From Vicugna vicugna (Eukaryota), in NCBI GenBank assembly GCA_013265495.1, contig MU058065.1:4934976-4998975 (forward strand): a DNA stretch of 64,000 nt. Reading direction: 5' to 3'. The notes under the pieces were generated by a model, which searched no databases, was not told the DNA's origin, and saw only the letters and a program-made list of their open reading frames with translations. A program made the translations under genes and the position numbers. Below are positions 24,420 through 37,640 of the stretch, piece by piece (the first letter of the stretch is position 1; every line of letters starts with the position of its first letter).

Positions 24420-26086
24420 CAGATGAAGATAAAAAATACTCTATGAGATAGAAAAAAGCCATAACGAAATAGGAAAGCATTGATTGAAATCTAAACAATA
24501 TAGGATAAGCTGAGTCTTTTTGGATCAGTAGTCAATTAAAATCTTAGTTGGAGGTAGTGGGTGAAACTGATAAATGACATTAAATCTCATAATTAATTTT
24601 TTAGTTGTGTTTGAAAAATAATTTTTATGTCAACTAAACTTAAGAGAAAAAATGACAGAGCAATGTCTTACAGTGGTATTACTAACACCTCAAATACCGT
24701 TAGGAAAGGTCAGCTTTGTTATTGAATAGATCCAGAATAGAAATACAAAATACAAGATAAGAGAGTTGACTGAACATCTGTTCCAAGAGTTCACAGAATG
24801 AAATTTAAAGTAATAAACTAGGAATACGGTTGTATTGTGGAGATAAAGGAACATATCTGAGAAACAGCACAAAGGAAGACCCCTGAAGATCAGCAAGAGA
24901 ATGGATTATCAGTATATAGGTTCGGATGAAAAGAATTTTGTTTTTGTTTGTTGATAACTTCAAAACTGTATGGTTGGAGAATTAGAAATTGACTAAGACA
25001 TCGTCTGTGAGAGTTGGGGAAGAATTGTGGTGTAGAGCAGGATATTCTAAGACAGCTTAAGTCACATCATACTTTTAGGGAGTTGTAATCTGGTAGATCT
25101 CAACCAAGTGACAAAATTTATTATCACCAATAGCGGGATGGCAGATATTACGTGTCTCCTGATATGACACTTTGAGAAAACAAAATAGCACCTATTTGTA
25201 GTTTTCCAAAATTATTTAACCTGCATCCAATGGTGAGGAAACAATCAGAAAAATACAGACTGGTGGACCTTCTATAAAACCAAAGCTTTTGAAAAATATT
25301 AATTTTGTGAAAGTCAAAAAATTGGTGGAACTTATCTAGATTAGAGGAGTTTAAAGAGATAGTGGCAGTTATGTGAATGTGTGAGACTTCAGTAGATCCT
25401 GACTCAAAGAAAAAAAGAACTAAATAACTAACAGTTTAAAAAACATTATTAGGCTAAATTGAATATGAGCTCTATATTAGATTAACATCAGATTAGCAAT
25501 AAATTTTTTGAATATGGTAACGATACCATGGTTACAATGGTTATTTAGGAGATAAATGCTGAAGTATTTACAAGTGATGGATCATGTATGTAACTTTCTT
25601 TCAAGTGCTTTACCAAAAAACACGTGTATGTGCTGGAGTATGTGTATGTACGCACACACACACGCACACACACTGTTTGTGACATTGGCATTTTGCCCAG
25701 ATCAGATCCCCTTGGATCTCTTTTACCATTTCTGTGTGTCCATCCACCAAGTTTTCTTTTTCCTTCTAACATCCCACACTTAAGGTTTTGTGGTTTCAAG
25801 AAATCCATGTAAGATTAAAGTGGGATTTGAATTTAGCCTGAAATCACACCCTTACTTAGCTTTTTTCCTGCTCCCCCTCCCCCCAATTTTCTTTCCTTTT
25901 TCCCAGGTGAGCACATTTTTAATAAATCACTTTCCCAGAAATCCTTACCTCAGGATCAGTGTTAGGGGCGTTCAGTCTAAGGCATATAGATGAAAGAGAG
26001 AGAGGGGAACAGATGGTATAGAATGTTATCTGTTGTGAATCTAGGTGATTTTATTTTACTATTCTTTCAACTTTTCTGTAGGTTTG
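24420..26086 (+). mobile_element. Old L1 (L1MC4/L1ME-type) 3' region, interrupted
   Basis: aaccaagtgacaaaa..atcaccaa; ttaggagataaatgctgaagtattt; resumes ~25990 and ends actattctttcaacttttctgtaggtttg. Confidence 0.7.
25678..25984 (+). mobile_element. LTR16-like ERVL LTR remnant
   Basis: 3' end aataaatcactttcccagaaatccttacctcaggatcagtgttaggggcg..ctaaggca. Confidence 0.55.
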
Positions 26087-26733
26087 GTATCGGGGAGGAA
26101 GGACTTACAGAGGCTGGTCTGTGGTCCGTTTCTCTTTATATTACTAAGGCATACAATCCTACGAAAAGGGAGAAAATGGGTGAGCTGGTCTTATCTCCAT
26201 ATATATGGTGATAATAGAAACTCCTTGTAAATATACTACTGATATTTCCTAGGAAAGGCATCCATTGGTCTGGAGTCTTAGCAGGATGTGACTAATTTAG
26301 GGTTGTTTAAGGAAAACATACCTAGGATCTATGGATTTACAGGGCATGGATCCTAAGAAAAATCATGTAAGTTATATGACCATCTAGGGTACAGATCGAG
26401 CTATTTCACAACCAGGATGCTCATCTAATCGGGGTCAGAGTGAGTGGGTGTCAGGAAAGGACCTGGGGGCCTGCACTCAGGGTTCCATACCTCTCCTGTG
26501 TTTCACCTGTGCCCTTCGGCTGCTTGTCTCAAATACTATTGTAAAGGTTGACTCTGGAAAAGATCCTTACTTGTGAAAATCTAATTTGATAATCTGATCC
26601 TTTGTATTAACTTAGCGAGTTTTCAAGCTAAAATGTTCTCAGACAGCACAAGGTGTCAGTTTCTTAATTTTTCATATATAAGATTTGGACTAGATCTGTA
26701 AGTTCCTCTTATACAGATGCCAAAGGTTGGTGA

Positions 26734-27345
26734 TTTTTTTTTAAATAGACTTTGTTTTTTAGAGTATTTTAGGTTCATAGTAAAGTTAAGCAGAAGATAC
26801 AGAGATTTTGTATATCTCCCATGTCCCTGCTCATGCATAGCCTGCTCCGGTATCAATATCACTCACCAGAGGGGTACATTTGTTCAACTGATGGCCCTCT
26901 ATGAACACATCATTATCACTCCAAGTCTATAGTTTACAGTAGGGTTCACACTCAAGTATTTGATATTCTATGGGTTTGGACAGATAATATAATGACATGT
27001 ATCACCAATATAGTGTCATACAGAGTAATTTCACTGCCCTAAAAAAAGTCACTCTGCGATCCTGCTGTTCATCCCACCTTTCCCCTCTAACCCTGGAAAC
27101 CACTAGCTTTTTTCCTGTCTCCATAATTCTGACTTTTCCACAATGTATTATAGTTGGAATCAGAAAATATGCAGCCTTTGCAGATTGGCTTTTTTCACTC
27201 AGTAACATGCATTTCAGAATCCTCCAGGTCTTTTCATGGCCTGATAACTCATTTCTCTTTAGCTCTGAAAAATATTCCATTGTCCAGATGGACCACAGTT
27301 CATTTAGCCATTACCTACTGAAGGACGTCTTGGTTAGTTTGGGCT
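26734..27345 (-). mobile_element. L1MC1-like 3' end
   Basis: aatagactttgttttttagagtattttaggttca..; minus ORF 27002-27280 begins MEYFSELKRNELSGHEKTWRILKCMLLSEKSQ, like the L1 ORF2 C-terminus. Confidence 0.85.
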
Positions 27346-27379
27346 TTTAGTGGATGTTTCACGTTGACTCTGTAGCTAA

Positions 27380-27682
27380 GGCTATACTGTTATTGCTGTT
27401 TGTCCTGTCAAGCCGGGTCATGGAGATATGACCAACAAGGGACACATTCCAGGGTAGTGTCACCAGCTTCTGGGTGTCAGGAATCAGTGTTCCAGCTGCA
27501 GAAGCAGCAATGCCACAGTGGCATCTTGGTCACTGAGCTGTAGCCCCAGTGGTGGTCCCAATGTCCACTTCTCTAAGCTTCCCAACAAACTTCTAAGCCC
27601 TTAATTTCCTGTATTAAATCCCTTTCTGCTTAAAACGACCTAAAGTTGTTTCTGTTTTATGTACTGAACTCTGAACGGCGTA
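27380..27682 (+). mobile_element. Ancient LTR 3' part (LTR78/LTR79-like)
   Basis: cctgtattaaatccctttctgcttaaaa..gtttctgtttt..ctgaactctga. Confidence 0.55.
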
Positions 27683-28364
27683 GATTGTTGCTAACACAAT
27701 TTATTTTGGTTTGGAGAGATTTTTTTTCCTCAGCTTCTTGATTTGTGTGCACCCATATTTTGTCTACCTTTAAGGTTTTTTAAAGTTTACAATAAAATAA
27801 TAGGTAGTAATAGACAAATCTCTTGGCCAGGCAAGAAAAAAATACAGGGGGTAGTCTGTCATATTTCACAGCCTGTGGGCTTTATGCAATTGCTTTTTTT
27901 TAAATTCTGCATGCAAGTTTAAAGAACTGATTTTTTTTTTTTATAACGAAATACAACAAATGCACCAGGCTTTTTTTTTCCTGGGAAAAAAAAATGGTTT
28001 GAAGATTATTTGAATCTTTTTTTTTTTTTTTGGATCGGCAAATATCACTGCAAACTAATCCAGAATCTAAAATTGTTAATGCCATATGTGTCATTGATTT
28101 CCATCTTGCCAATTAAATAAAGGTTACCGCCTGGGTGCTTCAAAGATTGCCTCGCTCCCTGGGCACCATCACAGTGATTCAGCTCAGCCAGGGCAGCCCT
28201 GCTGGCAGTCCTCAGAGTCCCTCTGCAGGCGATGAACGGCAGAATGGCTTCTGGGAACGACTTCACTTACGGAGCGATAAAACTGGAGCGAACCAGAATT
28301 CCTGTTTGATGACCTCTCATGGCTTATCAACAAGGCTCATCTCTTCTGATTTCCCAAAGACCCA

Positions 28365-28820
28365 AGAATTAATTCAACAGCCATTTACTGAGTACCTATA
28401 ATGTGGAGGTGCTGCGTCAGGCACAAGAATGGAGTAAGATGTGGAGCTCTGTTCCTGTCCTCCGTAAGGTCTGACTTTGAGTAGATGCTGCACATCCAGT
28501 TGTGACACCACGTGATCTGTTCTGCGACTTGCATGCTATGAGGTGGCCCAGGGGCACAGAGCGTCCAGTCTCACCATGAGAAGGGAAAGGAGTGGCTTGC
28601 TAAGTAGAGATGGAGATGATGTCTGAGCACAGTTGTGGAGAATAAATAGGGCTTCTCCAGCCCAGACTGGAGGAAGAATGTGGAGGGAGCATACAGGAAC
28701 ACCTAAAAAAAAATAAAAAAAAAAGCAGTGCAAGTCAAAGTTGGAAGATGAGAAAGAGCCAGGCTCGTTCAGGAAATCACCGAGCATTTGCTGAGCTGGC
28801 ACGGATGGTGGTCAGGAAGT
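28365..28820 (-). mobile_element. L2 fragment
   Basis: aattcaacagccatttactgagtacctataatgtg reverse L2 tail. Confidence 0.65.
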
Positions 28821-28824
28821 CAGG

Positions 28825-29524
28825 ATGCTTCATCTGTGTCAACTTGACTGGGCCATGAGGAGCCCAGATATTTGATTAAATATTTTTTAACATTTTTATT
28901 GATTTATAATCATTTTACAATGTTGTGTCAAATTCCAGTGTAGAGCACAATTTTTCAGTTATACATGAACATATATATATTCATTGTCACATTTTTTTCT
29001 CTGTGAGCTACCGTAAGATCTTGTGTATATTTCCCTGTGATTAAATATTATACTGAGAGTTTCTGTGAGAGTGGAGGAGATCAGCATTTAAATTGGTAGG
29101 CTGAGTAAAGCAGATTGCCTTCTCTAATGTGAGTGCTCCCCACCTAATGGGTTGAAGACCTGAGTAGAACCAAAAGGCTGGCCTGCCCTCGTGGGAAAGT
29201 GACCTCCTCCTGCCTGCCTGCCTTGGAGCTGGGACTTTGGCGTTTTTTCCTGCCCCTGGCCTCAGATTAAAATATTGGTTCTTCCTGGATCTCAAGCCTG
29301 ACAGCATTCAGACGACCTATATGTGAGTCCCCAGGGCTTACTAATTGCAGTTCTGGGGACTCGTCAGCTTCCATCATCATGAGCTAATTCCTTATAGTAA
29401 GTCTTTCTAAAGCTGTATCTGCTTCTTTACATCTGTATTTAGCTGTACTAGAATTATCCTTAACTATTATCTGTATCACACACATTCTATTGCTTCTGTT
29501 GTCTAGAGAACCCCGACTATTAAA
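28825..29524 (+). mobile_element. MLT2 solo LTR interrupted by a young L1
   Basis: tgtgtcaacttgactgggcc..cccagatattt; ctgagtaaagcagattgcc; end tctagagaaccccgacta. Confidence 0.85.
28885..29037 (-). mobile_element. Young 5'-truncated L1 3' end with 12-bp TSD
   Basis: TSD tgattaaatatt at 28873-28884 and 29038-29049; body resembles the 3' UTR at ~31620-31770. Confidence 0.85.
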
Positions 29525-29699
29525 GGGTGGCAGAAGATGACGTTGTAACAGTAAACATGACTAGAATGTAAAATATCTGTGGGTTGTCCTACACATATTA
29601 AAAACAGCTAATATTGCTTTTAAATATTAGAGTTGTCATTGTTGACAAGCCATGACTTCTCTACTTGTTTCTTGGGGGAACAAGGCACTCTTCTGAGTC

Positions 29700-29890
29700 A
29701 TTTACAGGTCTTAGCTCATTTATCTCTGATGCCTGCCTTTATGAAGGAGGCTCTATCAAGATCTTCAGTGTCCAGAGGCAGAAACGAGGCCCAGAGAGAA
29801 GTAACTGACCTAAAGTCACGTGTCCAGTAAGTGGCAGAGCCCTGAATGGAACCCAGGGGGTCCTATCTCCAGAGCATGCACTCTGTCACC
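29700..29890 (-). mobile_element. MIR SINE
   Basis: gaaacgaggcccagagagaagtaactgacctaaagtcacg..agtaagtggcagagcc..gaacccagg. Confidence 0.8.
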
Positions 29891-30287
29891 ACTTCAGTGA
29901 TGTTCGGATAGTGATTTTTGAGCAGAGGGAAAAATACCAAATTTGCCATTTTAGAAAGGTGATTCTGGGTAGAATAGAGAGCAAATCAGAGAAGGGGGAG
30001 TACAGAGTATGGCAGAAGTCTAAGCTGAGACATGGTGATTCGGATCTGGCCTAGACTTGTAGGGCAGGGAACAGGGTAGCTGATGATCCAGGAAACCTAC
30101 TTTCAAGGTGGTATCACCAGGATGTGGTAACTAATCAGACGCTGGGAGAATGAGAGAAAAGAGGCAAAATCCAGGGTGATTAGGTATTTGTGACAGATTA
30201 TATGGGCTATGAAGCATGTTGTGGGTGAGGGTGGGGAGGAGATAGCTAGCAGGGGTTTGGAAATTGAAATTAAGTAAATTCAGAAGT

Positions 30288-30730
30288 TGTATGAGTTTTC
30301 TAGGGCTGCCCTAACAAAGTACCACAAACTTAGTGGCTCAAAACAACAGAAATGTACTCTCTCACACATCCGGAGATCAAAATTCCAAAATCAAGGACAG
30401 AGCAGTGCTCCCCCTGGAGGGTCTAGGGGAGACGTATTTGTTCAGCGTCATGACTGCCAGCATCCCTTGGCTTGTGGCTGCATCACTGCAGCCTCCATCT
30501 TTACGACTCCTCCTTGACGTGTGTGTTGACTCTCCCTCTCTCTTCTTAAAAGGACACCTGGGATGGTGCTGATAGCCCACCAAAATAATCAGGATTATCT
30601 TTTCATCACAATATTTTTAACTTACTCACGTCTGCAAAAAACTTTTTTTTTTTCCCCAAATAAAGTAGCTTTAGAGTTTCTTGGGACTAGAACCTGATGA
30701 ATTTGGGTGGCCATTATTCAGCCTACTATA
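30288..30730 (-). mobile_element. MLT1 (MLT1D-like) solo LTR
   Basis: tgtatgagttttctagggctgccctaacaaagtaccacaaac...ggccattattcagcctactata. Confidence 0.8.
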
Positions 30731-31589
30731 GGAATCGTGAGAATAGGAAAGATTGGGAAGGAAGGAGGTGCATCGTCAATGGTGAGTGATGGCAGGAAGG
30801 CATCCTGGGGTAGAGAAGGAGTTCACATCCCACTTTGCCACCATTCATATGAACCTAACAAGCGGGCTCAGCACCTGGGACCTCATTTCATCCTCTGTCA
30901 AATGATGGAGCTCAGCTACGTGAGTCTTCTCTTGAGTCGAAAATGTTCAGGGTCAATTTCACCTGAATAAGTGTGCAGGGCCATTTGGAGGCTGTGGGCT
31001 GTTTCAAAATAACATTATTTTACTTAGGTAACAATATTAAACTGAAAAGATAAATCCAGGTGAAAACTGTCCACAATCCTTTCATATAACCAAATCAATG
31101 TTTTTGTTTTATGGCATGTTCTAGTCCTTGAGCAAGTGCACCTTCAATTTTTATTTCCTGGCCACAGTTTTGGTGGTTGAACTGCATCATCTGCATTGTC
31201 ATTTAAAATGTCACTATGATTGTTTTCTCATTCGGCCACAGTCCTAATCTCCTCCAGTCCTCATCCTGCAATGCTGCCATAGCATGCAGCTAAAGGAGAT
31301 GCACTCTGTGCATGGTGCCCCCGGGAGTTGTGCGACGACTCCCATCAGAACGGCAATGGGGAATCTGCCTCCTGGGATGAGGCACAGCTGGACCCACAGG
31401 CCCGCTTCCAACAGCCCCAACGGCATCAGCGCAAAACTGCTTCAGCTGAAGTTCCTTTCCCTTCTAACCTTGGATGCTAATTCCTCCGAAGGTGAACTTA
31501 CATTAGTACGCAGATACTTAAAGTAGATAAAACTTGAACTAGTACTTCAGAGAATTAACATGTTTCATAGTTAACTGGTTTAGCTTTTC

Positions 31590-32382
31590 TTTTTATTTGT
31601 ACATATATATTTTTAATGAAGTTTACAGTGTTGTGTCAGTTTACAATGTTGTGTCAATTTCCGGTGTACAACATAATGTTTCAGTCATACATGAACATAC
31701 ACTTATTCGTTTTCATATTCTTTTTCACCATAAGTTACTACAAGATATTGAATATAGTTCCCTGTGCTACACAGTATACAGTATGAACATGTTGTTTATC
31801 TGTTTTATATATATTAGTTAGTACCTGCAAATCTCGAACTCCCAATTTGTCCCTTCCCACCTTCTTCCCCTCTGGTAACCATAAGTATGTTTTGTACGTC
31901 TGTGGGTCTATTTATGTTTTATAAATAAGTTGGTTTGTCTTTTTTTTTTTTTGGATTCCATATATGAGTGACACCATATGGTATTTTTCTTTCTCTTTCT
32001 GGCTTACTTCACTTAGAATGACATTCTCCAGGGACATCCATGTTGCTGCAAATGGCATTGTTTTATCCTTTTTATGGCTGAGTAGTATTCCACTGTAAAA
32101 AATATACCACAATTTCTTTTTCCAGACATCTGTCAGTGCACATGTAGGTTGTTTCCATGTCTTGGCTATTGTAAATAGTGCTGCTATGAACATTGGGGTG
32201 CATGTATTTTTTTGAATTAAGGTTCCCTGTGGATACACACCCAGGAGTGGGATTGCTGGGTCATATGGTAAGTCTATTTTTAGTCTTTTGAGGAATCTCC
32301 ATACTGTTTTCCATAATGGCTGCACCAAACTACATTCCCACCAACAGTGTAGGAGGGTTGCCTTTTCTCCACACCCTCTCCA
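31590..32382 (-). mobile_element. Lineage-specific L1 3' end (ORF2 C-terminus + 3' UTR)
   Basis: ORF 31912-32328 [48 protein letters not shown] is the L1 ORF2 C-terminus. Confidence 0.95.
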
Positions 32383-32566
32383 AAATACTCAGGAATAAAC
32401 ATAGCCTAGAATGTGAAAGACTTATACATGGAGAACTACAAAATATTGACTAAGGAAGTTAAAGATGACTTAAATAAATGAAAAGATATCCCATGTTTTT
32501 GGATTGGAAGAATTATTAATACTGTTAAAATGGCCATACTACCCAAAGCAATCTACAGATTTAATA
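32382..32566 (+). mobile_element. Inverted L1 ORF2 segment (5' inversion of the adjacent L1)
   Basis: Manual translation: [59 protein letters not shown]. Confidence 0.9.
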
Positions 32567-33404
32567 GTTTAACTTTTCACTTAGGTGAGACCCCAACCAT
32601 TGCTGCACTGAGGATTAAATCCCGTTCAAACATATCTCTTACAAGCTACACTGACATCATTTTCCATGACATAAAGTAGCTGTTATGGTTAAGGTTTGAT
32701 GTCAGTCATCTCTACTCTGCTTAGAAAAGCTGAGCATAATATGATACTGCTCCACTTTTCTGCAATAAATAGCAGTCTTAATATAACTGCAAAACTTCTG
32801 AGACATTCTTGGAAATCTATTTATTCTTTCTGGTCTTTGTATTTTTTTTTTTTGAGGAGACTTTTCCCTCAAATAACCTCAGAGTCCATAGGCACATGCT
32901 TATACGCACACATATTTCATCCTCTCTTTCTCTCTCACACACACACACACACACAAACACTCCTCATAGGGAAAAAAATGGTTGAACTATCAAACTGTAC
33001 TATAATAAATTTTCGGTCAGTATGTATTAAATTTTGAAGGGGTACCAAAGGGCATGAAACTAAAAGAATCCATCATCCTGTATCATGTCCCTTCAGGGTG
33101 AAATTAACTTGAAATTGTCTTTTTTATTTCTTTCCTGTGGAAAAGGAAAAATAGCTTATGGATGCCTCCTGAAATCTAGGGTGTTGACCGCTTCCTATAG
33201 AGGAGGAAGGTGTCCTCTGTGCAGGGATGCTAGGATATTAAAAGTGTTATGACTCACACAGGTGTACAGATAGCAGTGAAAATGCTGCAGGGAGCTCAGC
33301 ACCTGTGACACTGGGCACAGGTTAAACTTGTGCTTTTGGTTCATGTCTGCAATCACCTGCTATTCTGCGTCTTCATTCATGCTGGAGGGAGCTGCCTGGA
33401 TATG

Positions 33405-33578
33405 CGGGGCTTGGGGCCAGTTATCTAACTTCTCAATGCCTCAGTTCCTGCATCTGTTGGTGGAGTGAGGCTAACTGTGCCTTCCATAGACAGATGTTGA
33501 GACGATCAAACCAAATGATGCCTGTGAAACACAGGAGAGTTCCTGATGCATAATAAGTGCTCAGTAAATCTTAGCTAC
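33405..33578 (+). mobile_element. MIR SINE
   Basis: tgcctcagttcctgcatctg...ataataagtgctcagtaaatcttagcta. Confidence 0.8.
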
Positions 33579-34449
33579 ACTATCCAACTTCTCCTTTTGT
33601 AGAATGGTTTAGTCATCCACCCTAATCATGCCGTTTTACCAGGGATTTCTAGAGAGCAGTTTACAGGGCGTCCCCATCAGTCTGCAAGAGATTTCCTCTC
33701 TCCTTGATCTAATGTCCAGCTACTCTGCTTCACCATGAAGCAGCAGTGGGAAAATTCTGTAGTCGCCTAGTGGGGCCGTATTGAGACACACAAGCCTTTG
33801 GGGCTGGAAGTCCAGTCACAGCCCCGAGTCAGCGGGTGAAGCTGGCTTTGACCACTTCAGTCTAAACCATGAGATCTTGGATGACACAGAGGAACTAGTT
33901 TAAGAAACAGTGGTAGGTACCAGCCTCCCACTGAGTTAAATGAAACCAACGCATTTGAACTTCCAAATCGGCCTGTAATTGAAGGCTGACTGGCACCATG
34001 CTGTCTGCCAGCTTCCCAAACAACACTCTGACCTTTTTGTTTTCATTTTCTGTTTATCTGTTATTGAGTATCTTTTGACACTGTGATGCCAACACAACAG
34101 ATCTCAGTGGCAGATTTCTGTTCCATTGCAAAAAGGATCAAATGACAGGAATTAAAACTGTGAAAAATGTCTTACTTTAAAATGACAATAGCTCTTCAAA
34201 AATGGTTTCTATCATCATAGAACTCAGTGCTGGGAAAGTCCTTCAATCTTCAAATGCAATGATTTCTTTTCTCAAATGAGGGAACAGATCTCGAAAGGTA
34301 AAATATATTTTATCCAGGGGGACTCTTAATTACTCACTTCTGGGTAATTCTTTGAGGATTTGATTATGTAACGTGCCATCTACATGGATTCAATTAGCAG
34401 CAGAATCAATCAAGTTAACTATGGAATCCACGCAACTGGCCAATCTTTA

Positions 34450-34680
34450 CCAAATTATAATCAGCCCTTACATTACATTATGCTCTATAGTTTCAATATG
34501 TTATCTAAATTATTCTTCATAGCAGTCCTCTGATAAAGGTGTATTATAATACACCTCTGTTAAAATGAGAAATCCAGGCAGAAAGTGTGGTTTAATTTCC
34601 AGTGGTTCTATAACTGGCAAGTGGCAGGTTTGAACCTTGAACTTAAGCTTTCTGATTCTCTGTTCCAGTCTCCCTCTAAA
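34450..34680 (-). mobile_element. MIR SINE
   Basis: aaatgagaaatccaggcaga..aagtggcaggtttgaaccttgaac..tctgattc. Confidence 0.55.
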
Positions 34681-36309
34681 GAAATTTCTCTAGGAGTAGA
34701 GTAGCTTGCCACTGGAAATTATTTTAATTTCCTAAGAACTAGACCAGCTGGGAATGGAACACATGTTGGGAACACATGATGGAGGCAGGACACTGGGGAT
34801 AAAGAAACGGTTCAGATAGATTTAGTCATAAAATATAAGCTTTAACTAGCTACCAATTTTTTGTGACCCAGGCCTGCATATATATGCAAAAGTTTGGTAG
34901 GAGAAAGGTATTGATTTTGTTTTCTGAGATTCAACCATATTATCCCAAACCAGCTCATGTGTATGAAGAAACATCTGGAGTCTAAATCAATCATAAAAGC
35001 CATCCTCTCCCCTAAAAATATATTTTAAGGGGTTTCAAGAATTTTATCTTTACTTACCCTAAGGTACTACTATTTTGAAGAAGCCAAAACTACATGTCAT
35101 AAAGGAGGAAGACCTTTTTCTATGAGAAGAGCTGATAATCATTTCCTCAAATGATACTAGCATTTTAATAACAGTGCCATAAAAAGTAGATTCCATGCAG
35201 GCGTTTGTTGGCGGTATTAAGTTCCGGTACAGAATTAAATTTACTGTGCCCAGAAAATTGGCAGGGCCCCTCCTCTTTGGTATTAACATATCTTTTTAGA
35301 CATTATTCTAAAAAGATATAAAATCATGAATAGTTGCAACTCTGCAGTCTACATAATATTCTTGCCTGTATCATAGCACTTTTTTTTTTTAATCTGGAGA
35401 GATATTTGCTCTTTTATATTTTAATTAAGTTGGTTAGTTTAACTAGCAGTAAGTTAAAAAGGTGATAGCCAAGGAATTTGCAGCAAAGTCAATTCCATTC
35501 TACAGCAGCAGACTATAGACAGCCTGGTCTGACCGGCTGTAATTGGCCACAGGGGAACAGGTGAGAAAGTGAGGATGGATGAGGGCCCTCCTCCTCCCGC
35601 CCAGTACACCTTTGTTAGAACAACTTCAAGTTCCCATCGACAGGGCCACTCCCGGAGGCCTGTTCTTCTTCCTGGATTATGTTTAGTTCCTGGAAAATAT
35701 TTTTGGAATAGCAACCTGATTGTTAGGAGGTAAGAAAACATGACAAAGGATGGAGAGAAGAGAAGATGAAGGCATAACCTCCTTTATCACTCAGCTGTCT
35801 GAGTGGTGAGGGTAGAAGATAGAGCATGGCAGATGCTGTTGGGTGTATGCATGTGTGTGTGCATGTGCGTACGTGTGTAGGTCTATGTTTGTGTCTGTGC
35901 GTTTGCTAATTATAGTTTTAAAAGAAGAACCCATCACACACTACCTCTTAGTTTACGAATCCATTGATCTCTGCTGTATGATATGTGGGTCTGCATGCCT
36001 GTGACATGGAGGGGTTATTCCACTCAGAATAAATACAGTGTAGTCTGCTTGAGCAGATATGTACTAAAACCCAAACCTAGGGATGGAAACTTAAAATCCT
36101 AAACCACCTCCTTAACTGTTCCTGGATTTGGTTCCTTTTCATCACAAAGGGCTCCTTTCTCAGGATGTCGTTGTGGGTCTAGCACCCATGACCACACCCG
36201 GTGTCCTAATTGACAGGTTTCTAATCGGGGTCCACGAAGACGGATCTTAGAGAGGCCAAAAGTTCATCTCTGCTTTCCACCTGAAAGGGGATAGTCTTCC
36301 AAGAACAGT

Positions 36310-36500
36310 AACAATAAATAACATCTGACTGAGGATTCTATCACAGGCTGAGAGCACGAAGACCTTTATGCATATGATCCCTCATTCGCAAACTAGTCCT
36401 GCAATTCAGACGTTACCCCAGGGTTAAGTGGTTTAGCTGGGGTCACACAGAGAGGACTGCAGAATCAAAGAGGGGTCTCTTCAGGTCCAGAGCCCATGCC
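36310..36500 (-). mobile_element. MIR SINE (internally deleted)
   Basis: ggttaagtggtttagctggggtcacacag..tccagagcccatg. Confidence 0.55.
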
Positions 36501-36569
36501 ACTTTCCTTAAGCAGGGTTGCCAGCTCTTACAAACACCCCAAGGGGCTACTTTTTATTCTTCTATTATT

Positions 36570-37640
36570 ATTTGTTTTTAATTTCATAAGAAATACATGG
36601 GAATTGTAGAAAAGTTAGAAAATGCAGGTTAAAAATGGCAAAAAAAGAGAAAGAAAAATAATTACCCAAATTCCCAATAAATGACTACTGTTAGCATATT
36701 AGGATATATTCCTTCAGATTTTTGTTACCTCTGTATCTACATCCAGGTATATAGATACCTCTGTAATATCTACACTGCACCCCACAGATGCTCCAGACTC
36801 CATACTCCGTGGTGTCTGCCTCTTAACTCTCACGCACTCCATGTAGGTATGTATTTTTCAAACAAAAAGTGGATTATAAGTACTGCTTCGGGGGGGCTTT
36901 TCTGTTGTTATTCTTTCCCTGCTCAGTAAGTTCTGAACAGAATGTAGTCTTTTAGTAGCCAGACATCTTTGTTACAGCAATTTGGTGAATAAATATCAGC
37001 TTGTAGCATCTTTGTGTGTTATCCTAATGCGCGAGGTCCCATCCACCAGGTGCCCCAGGGACATTTATCAGGGCTGCACAGGATAGCCCAGTAGGGATGC
37101 AAGACAATGTATGTCACCAGTTCCCTGTTGTTAAACATTTTAAGCAGCTCCCTGTTTTTAATATTATTAACAATGCTGTGATGAATATAAATATATATAA
37201 TTTTGTGCATTTACAAAGTAATTTTTTAGAATAAAAAGGTACAGGATTAATTACACAGCTAGACACTCAAACATATTTTAAAGGTTTGTGGGATATATTA
37301 CCAGATTGCTATTATATTCTATTATTATTATATTATAATATAAATATGTAATAATTATATAATAGAATATAATAGCAATCTGGTAATATTTTATCAGTTT
37401 ACCCCATTACAGGTCAACTGGCATGAGACTGTTTTCCAACCTAGAGATAGTGACCTATAGAATGACTGGGCTCTGGAACTGTGTACACACCATGTTCGTG
37501 CCCGTGCAAGAAGCACGTACTTGTCTTAGTTTTGGAAGTTCAGAGAAACAACAACAAAATATGTTGACTTTGTATTTCTTTGATTATTAGGCAGACTGAC
37601 AATTTTTATATACATATAGATATATTCATATATACATTTT
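36570..37640 (-). mobile_element. Very old L1 (L1ME-type) 3' region
   Basis: ttgtagaaaagttagaaaatgcag; tattattaacaatgctgtgatgaata; gatatattaccagattgct; tgtatttctttgattattag. Confidence 0.65.

Noticed and set aside
31912..32328. 138-aa ORF as a functional protein
   Set aside because: It is the C-terminus of a truncated L1 ORF2, with no promoter or upstream domains.
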